A stretch of 64,000 nt of DNA from Diplonema japonicum (GCA_964019335.1 OZ025685.1:517589-581588); one strand, 5' to 3'; numbered from the stretch's first letter, positions 8,795 through 20,271 are shown. Notes: a model not told the origin generated them from the letters alone. Numbers and translations: made by a program.

Positions 8795-11770
8795 ATGGAT
8801 CTCCACTTCTGTGAAGATACGGATTCAGAGCTCGGCACCGTGCGTGAGCTGAAAGCAGCCGAAGAATCGCGCGACACTGCGGCGAGCCTTTATGACTTAA
8901 AAATCACCGTGCGACAGGAAGATGCAAAAGAAGCGTCCAGCAGTGAAGCAAAGGTGGAGGAACCAGAAGCAAAGGTGGAGGAGCCACAGGAGAAAGCAGA
9001 ACCAGTGTCGAGCCCATACTTGCGGCGGCGGCGACCCTCTGTGGATAAGGAACGGAGCAAGAGGCTTGGTGGTCTGGTGAATGTGATGGTAAAGGCTTCG
9101 AAACACGAGAAGATGACGAAAGGGCTGAACGACACGCTGACCATTGTACGCCTTAAGCTAGACACTGCTAGACAGCGCCTTGCGGAGCTAGGAGGTGATG
9201 AAGAGAGTGATGAACGGGAAGCTTTACTCACCGAAGTCGAAGAAGACCAGAAGAAGGAGGCCGAGCTTGTAGCAGAGCTAGAAGGAGTGCGGCGGAAGTA
9301 CTCCCTGACGGATGAAGAACGCAGGACGCTGAAGAGACAGGTAATGTGCAAGCAGGACCGGAATGCCGAGGAAGCACGAAACCGCATGCAAGAGGTACGC
9401 GCAAAAGAGGCTGTGAAGTTCGCGGTGCGGAAGGAAATGGAGCACAACACCGAAGTTTCAGCAAAACAAAAGATGAAGCTCATTGAACAGCACGAGAAAG
9501 AACGCCAAGACGATATTACTGCGCTTCGCATGCAGCTGTCCGAGTTAAAGATACGGATAGGCGACTACGAGAGCAAGTCCACCATACTCGAGGGTGACCC
9601 TGATGCTCAGTACGAGCTGCGGGAGGTACGTGCCTCCGTGATCGCCTGCAACTATGAAGCCGAGCAGGTGCGGCAGAAACTTGAAGAAGTCGATGCCAAG
9701 TGGAAAGAGCTCGTGCCCGTGTTAACCCCTGAAGAGGAAAGGGCATGGCGGGGGCTCCAAGCAAGACAGCAGGAACGTGCAAAGAAACTCGAACAAGACG
9801 CAGAAGCCAAAAGGTTCCACAGCGCTAAAGAAGATGCGAAGAAAATGAAGTCCAGCTCTTCGGCCAAAAAACGAAGGGCAACCCTCGACGGTACGAGGAC
9901 GGGGCTAAAGACGAAGTTGGAGTTTCGAAAGCAAATTGACAGCCATTTCGAACACACAAGGAACACGCTGAAGAACCGCAGGGACGAGATGAACGATGCA
10001 CTAGATGCTCTTAAGGCAGCCAGTGAAGTGGCCATGGCGGAGGAGAAAGCAAGTATCGTGGAGGACAGTATCCAGTTGTGGAACGAAATAAATAGTATTG
10101 AAGAAGAGCTCGAGGAGCTGTCCAAGAAGCATGCTGAAGACTCTCAGTTAGCGCAGCTCAATGCGGCCGAGAGGGCCGAGCAGCGTGCACAGCGTGCGTT
10201 GACGCACAAGACTTCGACTTCGAGTGCTGTCGCTCCAGAAGAAAAAGAAGCCCCCCTCTCACCCACGACACCTCATTCACCAATGTTGGGAAAGGATGGC
10301 TTTGACCCTGAGTCTTTTCTGGTGAAACTCAGAGGTTTAAGGAGGAGGAGCTCTGAGGACGTGTCACAACCCCTGCCGCTTCCCGAGGATATAAAACGTA
10401 GGTCATCTGCACAGTTGTCGGCAGCAAAGTTTGTAGGGAAGCTTCGTGCGGCACTGCTCAACAAGGAGAAGCCTGAGGAGCCACTTAAGGAACCTTTGAT
10501 GGACGCGACGCTGGTGTACCCTGTGGGCTCTTTCAACACGGCACTGCTGCAGCGGACACGGATCCGCTCACGTGCGATCAGCTCTTTGCATGAGTCGACT
10601 ATCTGCGTCCTCGTCGTGTGTAGTGCCGCCGTGCATCATGGCATCAAGGTAGAGCGGCCCCGCCTAACAGTGGACACGACCAGCGCCGTCTTTGAAAGGG
10701 ACGAAACAGCATCTGTTACGAGCGAGTTGCAGCCTTCTGTTGACAGTGACCGAGAGGCAGAGAAGGCGGAAACAATTCCGATAGAGTTGGAGATACCACG
10801 ATTTGCCAAAATGACCAGCATGAGGTGGTGCAGCAAAACCTCGGCAAGTGGAGTGTGTGCAGCCCTCTGTCTTGTGAGCATCGTTACTTCTACCGAAGTG
10901 GAGTGTGAGTTACTCACAACTGAGTTTTGTAGCCCAGTACTGTCGTCTTCCACAGTGAGCCTTGTCGTTCCGCTAACGTACCCAACACTACCAGGGCAGG
11001 ATGCGCTCCAGTCCTTTATTAATGCTTCCATTGACCCTCCGCCAGACCTCGTGGCGACACCCCCTTCTCCTGTCGATACTTTCTTTCATGCGCGGCCTGA
11101 GAAACAGCCAATTCCGAAGTGGCTAAGCAAAGGAAAAAGGTCGCAGATCGAGATGTTCGAAGGGACGGCACCTCCTTTTTGGAAGAAGACGTGGAGGCTG
11201 ACATATGGAGTTGCGCAGAACAGGAAGATGAGGAAGCCGTCAGGGCTCGTAAAGAAGCTGCGAGAAATGCGCGAGGTCGATGAACTGAAAAGCACGTTGC
11301 GAAGTAGAAAAAAGAAAAAACCACGACCGGAAATACCAAATAAAATGGAAAGAGACAAGAATGCACCTGTGGAGACTGTCGTAGATTTGCCTCACGGGAA
11401 CAGGCTGAGATTGAGGATAACACCGCAGAAGCCTTGCCATAGGTGGGAGCCTGCGACTTCCCTTTGCCTTTCATGGGTCGCGAACGAGGTAGAGGTGCTG
11501 CCTGTCGTTACGAGCCTAAGATTAGATGCTCACATGCTGTCCACCACGCCTCCTCTGGAGCACAACTACCTGGCTCTCCCACACGACCCCTCTCTGGTGC
11601 ACCGTATCATGGAAGTAGCCAAGCTGTCTTCAACAGTCTTGCAAGGCGATTGGCCTACGTGCTCCCCCCCTCACTCAGATTCAACAAAGCCTGTTAAGAA
11701 GAAAGCGCCCACAAAAGGCAGTCGGCCGCCCGCAGCTGCAATCTACGCTGTCAAGTTCCACCGATATTAA
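8795..11770 (+). CDS. Large coiled-coil hypothetical protein (~990 aa)
   Basis: Long ORF; first in-frame ATG after TCCAG is at 8795; E/K/R-rich N-terminal half. Confidence 0.85.
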   Translation: MDLHFCEDTDSELGTVRELKAAEESRDTAASLYDLKITVRQEDAKEASSSEAKVEEPEAKVEEPQEKAEPVSSPYLRRRRPSVDKERSKRLGGLVNVMVKASKHEKMTKGLNDTLTIVRLKLDTARQRLAELGGDEESDEREALLTEVEEDQKKEAELVAELEGVRRKYSLTDEERRTLKRQVMCKQDRNAEEARNRMQEVRAKEAVKFAVRKEMEHNTEVSAKQKMKLIEQHEKERQDDITALRMQLSELKIRIGDYESKSTILEGDPDAQYELREVRASVIACNYEAEQVRQKLEEVDAKWKELVPVLTPEEERAWRGLQARQQERAKKLEQDAEAKRFHSAKEDAKKMKSSSSAKKRRATLDGTRTGLKTKLEFRKQIDSHFEHTRNTLKNRRDEMNDALDALKAASEVAMAEEKASIVEDSIQLWNEINSIEEELEELSKKHAEDSQLAQLNAAERAEQRAQRALTHKTSTSSAVAPEEKEAPLSPTTPHSPMLGKDGFDPESFLVKLRGLRRRSSEDVSQPLPLPEDIKRRSSAQLSAAKFVGKLRAALLNKEKPEEPLKEPLMDATLVYPVGSFNTALLQRTRIRSRAISSLHESTICVLVVCSAAVHHGIKVERPRLTVDTTSAVFERDETASVTSELQPSVDSDREAEKAETIPIELEIPRFAKMTSMRWCSKTSASGVCAALCLVSIVTSTEVECELLTTEFCSPVLSSSTVSLVVPLTYPTLPGQDALQSFINASIDPPPDLVATPPSPVDTFFHARPEKQPIPKWLSKGKRSQIEMFEGTAPPFWKKTWRLTYGVAQNRKMRKPSGLVKKLREMREVDELKSTLRSRKKKKPRPEIPNKMERDKNAPVETVVDLPHGNRLRLRITPQKPCHRWEPATSLCLSWVANEVEVLPVVTSLRLDAHMLSTTPPLEHNYLALPHDPSLVHRIMEVAKLSSTVLQGDWPTCSPPHSDSTKPVKKKAPTKGSRPPAAAIYAVKFHRY

Positions 11771-11909
11771 TTACTCATTCTTTTTTTCTTTGTGTTCGTG
11801 ATCCGAGCAGTCTTAATTGTGTGTTCATAACTCTTCTTCCCTCCTTGACCCTCGACACTCTTGGAAGTATGCGTTTGGAGGTTTCCTCTTGCAAACAACC
11901 TGCCTAGGC

Positions 11910-14900
11910 ATGGGTGAACATGGCTGTGTACCGAAACTACCGAAGAGTTTCGCACGGAAGCCTTCCGAAGGTGTGGTGCGAGTGGTGGACGAAGTAGTGA
12001 AGGTACTGCAGAATGGGAAAGAGGAAAAGCTGAAAACGGGTAATGGGAAAGTAAGAGGCTATGAAGACAAGATAGACCTTGACCAGCTCAGGCTGCTGAA
12101 GACGCTCTTTGACGTGGAAGTAGATGACGGCGAGCGGGTGCTTGACCAGGATGAGTTTGTAGAGGCATTCGGTTCTGTTCTCGGCGGCACCATGGAAGAA
12201 AGTGTGCTGCGGGAGTGGTTCATGTGTGTTGATGCCAACGCCAATGGTGCCATCGACTGGGACGAGTTCAGCACCTACATCCTGCTGGAGGCACAACAGC
12301 GCATCCTGAAGGACACCGTGCAAGCAGAGTACGTAGCACAGAACCACCCGTCAGCGAAGAACAAAGACGATCACCACTCCGACATGATCAGTCTCATGCT
12401 CGTCCACCCCAGAAATTCGAAGTACTACTCCTTCAGCAGGGATGGCACTGTCAAAGTGTGGAAATCACACAATCTTGAGCACGAGAGGGTTCTCTACAAC
12501 GGTGGTAGCTGGATCACGGACGCGTGCTTCTTACGAGGTGCACATAGGTTGCTGCTGTGCTCTGCCGACAGGCGGTTGTGTGTTATCGATTCGAACACCG
12601 GCGAACTGCTTCGTGCGTTTGCAGGGAGGAAGCACGTTCGGCAAGATGTGCGAGAGTCAATGTGCTTGCGGCCGCTGAATGACAAAAGGAAGTACGGTGT
12701 GTCTCTTGACATGGAAAAGTCCTGGGGGGATGGCGGGACCATGGGCAGCAGGTTGCGCCTCGAGCAGTGCGGCAACCAGACCTTCACGGAGTTCCGTGTA
12801 CAAATGGAGCAGTCGCAGCGCGAGAGGATAAAGAAGAAGCGTGTGGATGTCACCACGCTGAAGGACCTCACTGAAGCACCAACCGCACTTGAATATTTCA
12901 CATCGGAGTCGGGCCAAGACAGCGTGCTGCTGGGCCTCAGGGATGGGATGATGCAGCTGTACCACATTAGCAGTGCCCTCTCTGGGATGCGTAACGTACT
13001 GCACGTTGCCTACCGCTACGAAGGTCACTACACGAAGAACTCTTCTGACACGGCAATTAGCAAGATCAAGCTGTCACAATACCTGCAAGGTGCCATTACA
13101 GGCTCGTGGGACGGCATGATCAAGATCACAAACCTTGAGACGGGGCACTTGGTGCGTGACTTCCACGGTCACGAGAAGTCTGTCTTCTCACTGGACTGGT
13201 CGGAGTCTCTGAAGATCATCGCAACTTGCGGCACGGAGCGCAACGTGCTTATTTGGAACCCGTTCATCAAGAAGCCTGTGTTCAGCCTGCAAGGGCATGC
13301 CTCGTCGCTGCTCAACGTGTCTTTCAACGAAGACGATCACCAGATCATCACGCTCAGCTCAGACCGGTGCATGAAGATATGGGACGTGCGCACATTCAGA
13401 TGCATGCAGACCATGTTCGACAACACACAGTGCCTACCCGAGAACAGGCATGTTGCTTTAGCCTACGACCCTCTGCGGCATACGATCATTACAGGCACTA
13501 CGTACCCCACCGTGTGGCCAATGCGAAAGATATCGGCACGGTTCCCTGCCTCGTACATGGGGCATTCGAAGACCCCGATAGCGTGCTTGCTATCGCACTT
13601 CAGCCACTTCGTGACTGCCGACCAGGAGATGGTGATGGTGTGGGACATCGCCACGGGGAAGCGTGTCTTTGCTTACAACGCGTCGCGCATCACACCAGAC
13701 TGCACGTCGAGGCTGTCAAGTTTCGTTTTTGACGATACTGGCAGACGGTTGCTGACGGGATCGCACGGTGGGGAGGTTGTCATGTGGAACTACCTCAACG
13801 GGCAGCCTTTAAACACATACAACGCACGGGACAACACACCCACGCACGACATTGTGGAGGTGATGCACATTTGCAACGAGATTAAAATAGAAGAAAAGTA
13901 CGTTGTGTCCGTGCGGGGTTCGACGCTGCAGATATACATCGATGATGTGAAGTACAACATCAAGCAGGAGAGCGAGTACATTGCCCCGTGCGAGGTGCTG
14001 TGCATAACGAAGATCAAAAAGTACATGGCGTTGGGGCTGGAAGACGGGACAATACTTCTGTTCAATCCACAGACGGCCTCCATAGAGGGGTTACCACTCT
14101 GCCACACCACATCCCTGATGGACCAAAAGCTTAAGGAAAGATTGATTGCAATGCAGCGACCCGGAAAGCACCGCGTGGAGTGCTTTGCCACAGTGCCCTC
14201 ACTTTGCAAGGATCTGCTGGTGTCCAGTGCATCTGATGGGTACATCGAATTTTGGGACACACGGACAAGGAGGCTGTTGGGAGTCTACAAGTCTGAAACA
14301 GATCGCCGCAGCAGGCAAGTGTCGCAAATCACGAGGATATGTAAAGACACCGAGCCTGTGATCAGCAAGATGGCTACGGATAAGCATAACAAGATGCTCA
14401 TCATGGGCAGCGATGACGGGACCATAGTGATCGTTGACCTGACGGGCATTGGTCAGGAGCGCGACTTTGACGCAGTGGGGATGTCGTTAATGTTCCAAGC
14501 ACACCAGGATGCGATCACAGCCCTGTCGTGGTCGGAGGAACACCGCGTGATTTTATCTGCATCAACAGACTGTTCTGTCAAACTGCACACGAAAGACGGC
14601 AAGTACATAGGCTGGCTCGGCATGCACAAGTGGGACGTCGCCGACCCCAAGACATGGCAGGACGAGCCCCACAATGACGTGGTGCGGTACAATCCCATTA
14701 AGTTGAACGGCACAATACAATGGGCTTCAACGGTGGTCGCTGTTGACGAGAAGAAGAGTTCCACATTCTGCGACCGGTTGTCAGTCGCACATGTCGCCGT
14801 TCCCGCCAAGAAGACAAGGATCAGGCAAGGCTCGCAGTATGTCGGGTGCCTATCAGCATCTTCTGCCAAGGAGATACCTGTGCTGAACTTCGGGGGCCTA

Positions 14901-15653
14901 CTATCAGGGAGGAGTATACCAACCGCACGGGAGTGGAACACTCCAAAAGCTACAACTGCATCTTCGTTGACAGCCCGGCGATCGCCAAGGGAGAGCGTGG
15001 CAGAGTCCAGCGTGCTTCGGGAAACAGGGTCGAGGGGGCCGGACCCGAGGGATCATATCATGCATTCTGCTTTTGAGGAGAAGCTAGTATACGAGGCGCC
15101 GCTTTCCAAGAAAAGGTCAAAAAAGAACCTCGCAAAGGATCTGAAAGTCGAGGACACGAAGGAAAACATTCATGAACCGCCACAAGAGTCCTTGCTGCCG
15201 AGCGTCTCTGAGCTCTCGGTGGAGAAAAGTGACGGCCAATGTCAGGGTGACACCAAGAACGGTTTAACATTGGCGCAGCTCGATCAGAAGATAGCTAAGC
15301 ACCACAGTGTGAACGGCAAGCGTGAGGATTATGTGGAACTCAACCAGCCTTCATTCTCAATACGGCGCCCCCACCGTGCCTTCACCTCGGGCGGTGTCTG
15401 GGGGAACCTGCCATGCCTCTCCCCGCGTTCCACACGACCGCCTCCTTCCATCAGCAACGCCGTCACATCGCCCAAGCCTGACACCAAGAAGTGGCGGTCA
15501 TGCAGGGTCTGCAAAGAATGGGAACGCAAAGAGGAGAAAAAAGAGCGGATGCGGATGAAGGGGCCCGCTGCAGGAAGCGAGATGACAGGGCACACGATCA
15601 TTAAGTGGACATCGAACGACGTTCACAAGCTCCACAAGGACCCTATCTGCTAG
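11910..15653 (+). CDS. EF-hand + WD40-repeat protein (WDR49/WDR64-like, probably flagellar)
   Basis: EF-hand loop 'DANANGAIDWDEF'; many WD repeats (GH..., 'DGTVKVW', 'DRCMKIWD', 'DGYIEFWD'); CCTAG|GCATG start context. Confidence 0.88.
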   Translation: MGEHGCVPKLPKSFARKPSEGVVRVVDEVVKVLQNGKEEKLKTGNGKVRGYEDKIDLDQLRLLKTLFDVEVDDGERVLDQDEFVEAFGSVLGGTMEESVLREWFMCVDANANGAIDWDEFSTYILLEAQQRILKDTVQAEYVAQNHPSAKNKDDHHSDMISLMLVHPRNSKYYSFSRDGTVKVWKSHNLEHERVLYNGGSWITDACFLRGAHRLLLCSADRRLCVIDSNTGELLRAFAGRKHVRQDVRESMCLRPLNDKRKYGVSLDMEKSWGDGGTMGSRLRLEQCGNQTFTEFRVQMEQSQRERIKKKRVDVTTLKDLTEAPTALEYFTSESGQDSVLLGLRDGMMQLYHISSALSGMRNVLHVAYRYEGHYTKNSSDTAISKIKLSQYLQGAITGSWDGMIKITNLETGHLVRDFHGHEKSVFSLDWSESLKIIATCGTERNVLIWNPFIKKPVFSLQGHASSLLNVSFNEDDHQIITLSSDRCMKIWDVRTFRCMQTMFDNTQCLPENRHVALAYDPLRHTIITGTTYPTVWPMRKISARFPASYMGHSKTPIACLLSHFSHFVTADQEMVMVWDIATGKRVFAYNASRITPDCTSRLSSFVFDDTGRRLLTGSHGGEVVMWNYLNGQPLNTYNARDNTPTHDIVEVMHICNEIKIEEKYVVSVRGSTLQIYIDDVKYNIKQESEYIAPCEVLCITKIKKYMALGLEDGTILLFNPQTASIEGLPLCHTTSLMDQKLKERLIAMQRPGKHRVECFATVPSLCKDLLVSSASDGYIEFWDTRTRRLLGVYKSETDRRSRQVSQITRICKDTEPVISKMATDKHNKMLIMGSDDGTIVIVDLTGIGQERDFDAVGMSLMFQAHQDAITALSWSEEHRVILSASTDCSVKLHTKDGKYIGWLGMHKWDVADPKTWQDEPHNDVVRYNPIKLNGTIQWASTVVAVDEKKSSTFCDRLSVAHVAVPAKKTRIRQGSQYVGCLSASSAKEIPVLNFGGLLSGRSIPTAREWNTPKATTASSLTARRSPRESVAESSVLRETGSRGPDPRDHIMHSAFEEKLVYEAPLSKKRSKKNLAKDLKVEDTKENIHEPPQESLLPSVSELSVEKSDGQCQGDTKNGLTLAQLDQKIAKHHSVNGKREDYVELNQPSFSIRRPHRAFTSGGVWGNLPCLSPRSTRPPPSISNAVTSPKPDTKKWRSCRVCKEWERKEEKKERMRMKGPAAGSEMTGHTIIKWTSNDVHKLHKDPIC

Positions 15654-15749
15654 CTGTTTACACATGCTAGCTGCGTCTTTGTTCTTCCAGCATTTGTTTC
15701 TTCCCATACTGCTGCTTCCGCACTTATCTCTTTCTCACCCACCACAGCA

Positions 15750-16742
15750 ATGTATGCTAGCAAACCAGCGTCCAAGATAGTAGCATGGTCGGCGCTGTTC
15801 TGGTGCGTGTGGGTGGTGTACAACTTCCGAAGTGGTGCGAAACATGGCATCCAGCTCCTCGCGGACAATACAGAGTTCGTTCCCTTTAAATCTGTACCCC
15901 TTCCCAAGGGGTTGGAGAAGCGGTTATGTGACGCATTTGGGGACGAGCGGTGCTCGGAGCTGAAGGAAAAGGGGATGTGGCCCCCGCTGGACGCGGACTA
16001 CAACATGGCGAAGCCGAGCCATCTGCTCTGGAACACGAGCGGTGACCGCGTTCTAGGTTATGTTGTGCCCGAGCGTGCGAAGGAGATGGGCATCGCGCAC
16101 ATAACAGTCTCGCACGCCCCGAGAGTGGAGTATTTCCCGACATTTTTCACCGGCGAAGAAGCTGACAGGTTGAAAGCGTTGGCAATGCCGGACCTGCGAC
16201 CTTCTGGCGTAGGTGCCGGTAAGAGCTCCAAGCCTGGGGCGAAGGGCGGACGGACATCTGAAGGAGTACGTCTCGACAGGGGCGACACCTTCGTGCGGGA
16301 GATGGAAAAGCGAATTGCACGCGTGTCAAACTTTTCAGGCGCCATCGCAGAGCGCCTTTACGTACTGAGGTACAAAGAAGGCCAGTACTACCACCAGCAT
16401 GTAGACGCGGGGGACCATGTCCCACGGGGCGCCACCTTCTTCGCCTGGCTGGAGGACCTCCCCCCGCCTGCTACAGGGGGGTGGACCTCATGGCCCCTCG
16501 CCAACAAGGTCACGAATAAGAAGCGTCCAAAGATTTCGTTAGAATGCTCGACAGGACTGCGCGCAAGGCCCGTCAAGGGCGCTGCCGTACTGTTCTACGA
16601 CATGACACCTGACGGCGCCATAGACCCCCACTCCCTCCATGCGGGATGTCCTCCTGTGAATGGTGTGAAATGGGCAGTCACGAAATGGCTCCAAATAAAA
16701 CCTCCCAAAAAACATAAACACAACAAAAGCCATGGCACATAG
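15750..16742 (+). CDS. Prolyl 4-hydroxylase alpha-like 2OG-Fe(II) dioxygenase, type II membrane-anchored
   Basis: N-terminal TM segment; motifs 'SHAPRV', 'RTSEG', 'VLRYKEGQYYHQHVD', 'GAAVLFY', 'SLHAGCPPVNGVKWAVTKW'. Confidence 0.93.
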   Translation: MYASKPASKIVAWSALFWCVWVVYNFRSGAKHGIQLLADNTEFVPFKSVPLPKGLEKRLCDAFGDERCSELKEKGMWPPLDADYNMAKPSHLLWNTSGDRVLGYVVPERAKEMGIAHITVSHAPRVEYFPTFFTGEEADRLKALAMPDLRPSGVGAGKSSKPGAKGGRTSEGVRLDRGDTFVREMEKRIARVSNFSGAIAERLYVLRYKEGQYYHQHVDAGDHVPRGATFFAWLEDLPPPATGGWTSWPLANKVTNKKRPKISLECSTGLRARPVKGAAVLFYDMTPDGAIDPHSLHAGCPPVNGVKWAVTKWLQIKPPKKHKHNKSHGT

Positions 16743-17029
16743 TGACATGGGCATTTTTTTTTTTTTTATTTCTCAAAATAAAATATTTTTTAACGCCTCT
16801 TATCTCTAAAGTGTTAACCGCGGGCTTGAGGGACAGGGAATCTTCGGAAGGGCGTGAATTTACAATGCCCTGCAGGAGAAGAAACACTCAAAAGAAACCA
16901 GCATGTTACGATGGGGGTGTCCCCCGGACACTTTGGAGTTATGAGAGCGTTTTTTTTTTTGTAATACGTATGCAATATTCAACAACAGAATTATACAGCA
17001 AAAGAAAAATGAAAATAAATCAATTCCTC

Positions 17030-17099
17030 CCTCCTCCTCCTCCTCCTCCTCCTCCTCCTCCTCCTCCTCCTCCTCCTCCTCCTCCTCCTCCTCCTCCTC

Positions 17100-17123
<24 letters not shown>
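17030..17123. repeat. (CCT)n microsatellite, ~31 copies
   Basis: Directly visible pure trinucleotide run. Confidence 0.95.
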
Positions 17124-17130
<7 letters not shown>

Positions 17131-17819
17131 TCTTTAACCAACAGCCTATGTTAAAATGGGTCTGTTTTCGCTATTTTTCTTTTATCCAACCCACTTTTTT
17201 TTTCTTTTTTTTTTTCTTCCCTGTAACTTGAGAAGGGTCCCAGGTTAAGTCAGGTTGAAAGAGAAAAAAAAAAAAAAAAACAATAAAGTGGAGGGAAAAA
17301 GAAATGTAAAGAATGAACAACAAAAAAAAAAAAGAAAACAAGAGAGGGTGAAGCCTCTCGAACAGAAAAAAAAACAGAGAAGAAGAAAAAAAAGAAATTC
17401 CAACCCCAACGATTTATGTACACTGCAAACCTAAATAGGTTTCTCAATGCATAATTATTGGGCTGGAAAGGGGGGGGGAAAAAAAGAGAAAAAAAAGATA
17501 CGTGTGTTTCTCCCGTGCTGCAATGCAATCCATTGCCGCTGACCACCCCTCGGGTTAGAACTTAAGCTCTGTCCACAAGGATGTAAACAACATAACGGTG
17601 ACAGAACGACTAGCAGGCGAGCACGTGTGGTGTGGATCGTTGTCAAAACAACAATCTTTCCACAGCATAGGATGATTCCCTTTTTAATTTTTTTTTGTTT
17701 TTGTTTCGGTTCCTCTTCGTTTGTTCTATTTCAATTTTTTTTTTTTTTTTATTTTTCTCTTCTTTTCTTTTTCCACTGGGAAAAAAAAAAAAAAAAGGAG
17801 GGAAAAAAGAAATAAGGGG

Positions 17820-17853
<34 letters not shown>

Positions 17854-17855
17854 CC

Positions 17856-18433
17856 ATGAGCACGCAACGAAGCGTGCTAGGGCTGCAGATGAGGTGTGTC
17901 TCGAAATGGACGAACACCCCATTTAAATATGACAAGGCTCCCGAGACAGTAGTTTACAAGTCAGGGCCCGATGCAGGTGCGGTGATGGACGATTTTAAAA
18001 ATGGAGCAGTTAACAGGTTTAAAGACACAGTTTTCGGTACTGATGATAAGTATGTAAAAAGAAAAAAGAAGTTTTTTTTTTTAAAAACCACCACAGTTTG
18101 CGCGTGCAAAAAGCAAAGGAAGATTACGTTATACAGGAGCTAGAGAGGCATGAGATCATGCACGCCTCATTGGTTGACCAACATCCCAGACACATGGTCT
18201 TGTCGCAGGTCAGCCTCTGGTACTGGCCAGCAATGGTGGTGGCGTTGGCGATGGCTTACAGCAGCATGGAGTTCCTCATCAACCCCCAGGTGCTGCTTAA
18301 AATACAAAAGGAAGAAGGGGAAAAATTCGAGGCGGTGGCGGACAAAATGGAAACGTTCAAAATCGACGGCGTGGTGGAGAAGATACAAACCATCGAGGAG
18401 GAGCTCAGACGCAGGGGCGTGAAGAATGTGTAG
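17856..18433 (+). CDS. Small single-TM protein, two exons (17856-18049, 18097-18433), possibly mitochondrial
   Basis: A 47-nt GTATGT...CACAG intron (18050-18096) joins two ORFs in frame (..TDDN-LRVQKAKE..). Basic/hydroxylated N-terminus; TM 'LWYWPAMVVALAMAY'. Confidence 0.8.
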
Positions 18434-18566
18434 CTTCCTCCCCCCCTTTTTTTTTCTTTTTTCTTCTTCAATTTCTACTTCAGTCATGTGAGGGGGGAAA
18501 CGTGTTTTATTTTTTTCTTTGTAAAAAAAAAGAAAGCCGCAAACCCATTCAGAACAAAAGCAAGCA

Positions 18567-19463
18567 ATGTACGTTCCAAAACAACATGTGCTGCGGCTTG
18601 CCGACCCTCCATGTGTGCCCCTTTCAAAGGACCTGACCCGTATTGCGTACTACAACTGCGACCCTGTGCTCTGCAAGGAGCTAGCGGCAATCGTGAGGGA
18701 AGTGTTCGAGCTAGACAAAGACTACGACTTGAGCAAGCTGCACGAAACGGATCTGGGAAAGAAGGAAGTTGCGAGGAGGGGGCGTCCCGAGCGAACAGGC
18801 CGGCTCACACGCTTCAACAAGGAATGGTACAACGTCATGAAGCCCGGCGTTGGGAAGATGGACAAGAGCAACGAATTGAGAAAAAGGTTCCAAACGGCAT
18901 ACCAGCAGCTCATCAGGGAACTGGTAGCCGACGCCATAGGCGAAGACGATGAGGTCATTTTTCAAATGTGGCCGACCTTCAGAGTGCATCTCCCTGGAAC
19001 GGATAAAGGCGTCGGAAGGCGGCACAGAGACTACGACTACCTTCACCCACCTACAGAACTTAACTTCTGGCTCCCCATCGGTTGTCAGGTGTATGACACA
19101 AACTCCCTTTATGCGGAGTCCGAGCCGTGCAAAGGGGACTACACCCCGTTCACCACAGAACCTAACCAAATGGTGCGTTTTTACGGGTCCTTATGCGACC
19201 ACTTCACCCTCCCCAACACCACCCCGCACACACGGGTTTCCATCGATTTCCGCGTCATCCGAAAGCAAGACTACACCCCAGAGGCCGCGGGGCCCCAATC
19301 ACAGTTTATCATCGGCCGCCATTACAGCAGCCTTAAGCTCTCTGATCCGCTTGAGACAGGCGTCAGCCTCGTCGCCAAGACAAAAGGGGAGCCTGCTGAG
19401 ATCGACGCGCAGTCGTCGGACGATGACGACTCCACAGTGGGAGTGGAGGTCACGTGGGATTAG
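18567..19463 (+). CDS. 2OG-Fe(II) dioxygenase, StrG/PhyH-like (298 aa)
   Basis: HxD 'HRDYDYLHPPTELNFWLP'; distal His and Arg in 'HFTLPNTTPHTRVSIDFR'. Confidence 0.8.
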   Translation: MYVPKQHVLRLADPPCVPLSKDLTRIAYYNCDPVLCKELAAIVREVFELDKDYDLSKLHETDLGKKEVARRGRPERTGRLTRFNKEWYNVMKPGVGKMDKSNELRKRFQTAYQQLIRELVADAIGEDDEVIFQMWPTFRVHLPGTDKGVGRRHRDYDYLHPPTELNFWLPIGCQVYDTNSLYAESEPCKGDYTPFTTEPNQMVRFYGSLCDHFTLPNTTPHTRVSIDFRVIRKQDYTPEAAGPQSQFIIGRHYSSLKLSDPLETGVSLVAKTKGEPAEIDAQSSDDDDSTVGVEVTWD

Positions 19464-19566
19464 AGCGCATGCAAAGCTGCCTTTGTATTCTAGCTTTGTT
19501 CTTTTTTCTTCTTTCTCTCACTCTTTGATTCTCGAGGAAGCCGCACAGATATTTGACATATACATA

Positions 19567-20163
19567 ATGGTCGGCAGAAAGGGAACCGGCGTGCACCAGA
19601 ACAGCACCGCGTGGGTGGCGCACAAGCATCAGGAGGATCTAAAGCTGACAGAAGACAGGCTAAGGGGGTTCACGGATAACTGCTGCGAAAAGTGCGTGGA
19701 GGTGTTGCAATGGAGGAAGAACTACGGTAAGTACAAGATGTTGGCGAAGGCCACGAAGTGCCATGGGTGTCAGCAGAAGACTGTTGTGAGGGCGTACCAT
19801 GGGATGTGCATACCGTGTGCACGTTTGAAGAAGCAATGTGCAAAATGTGAAGGACCTTTCGCGATACCTGAAGAGGAGCTGGCAAGGATGGCGAAGGAAG
19901 CCGAGCTGAGGAAGCAGATCCAGGACCTTCCTGAACGGTTCAAAAGAACAGCTGAGAGGAAGCTCGAAAGAGGTGACGACCTTGCTCAAGTGGAGAAGGC
20001 CGTGCTTGCGGGTCAAGGGAAAAAAGCAGCCAAAGCTCAAACCCCCGTAGCAGCAAACAGCAAAACCGCCGAACCAACTGATTCTGCAGAACAGCAAAAA
20101 AAACCGACAAATGAAAAAACCCCACAACCCGACTCTGACTCTGACTCTGACGAAGTTCTGTGA
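19567..20163 (+). CDS. C9orf85/DUF2039-family Cys-rich protein
   Basis: 'HQNSTAW...CEKCVEVLQWRKNYGKYK..KCHGCQQKTVVRAYHGMCIPCA..QCAKC'; ATG at 19567. Confidence 0.85.
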   Translation: MVGRKGTGVHQNSTAWVAHKHQEDLKLTEDRLRGFTDNCCEKCVEVLQWRKNYGKYKMLAKATKCHGCQQKTVVRAYHGMCIPCARLKKQCAKCEGPFAIPEEELARMAKEAELRKQIQDLPERFKRTAERKLERGDDLAQVEKAVLAGQGKKAAKAQTPVAANSKTAEPTDSAEQQKKPTNEKTPQPDSDSDSDEVL

Positions 20164-20271
20164 ACCTAACTAACCTACATCATCATTCAGCTTCGTGTTC
20201 GTATTCATTTCCATCATAAATTGTTTTATTTTCATTTCGTTTTTCTCGTCTCTTACCCTTACAGGTTCAAG

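Noticed and set aside
17500-17675. Complex-sequence islands in low-complexity spacers (also ~1335-1510, 3830-3965, 41680-41830, 53900-54130) as possible snoRNAs or ribozymes
   Set aside because: No convincing C/D, H/ACA, tRNA or ribozyme pattern by eye; an Infernal/Rfam scan would be needed.
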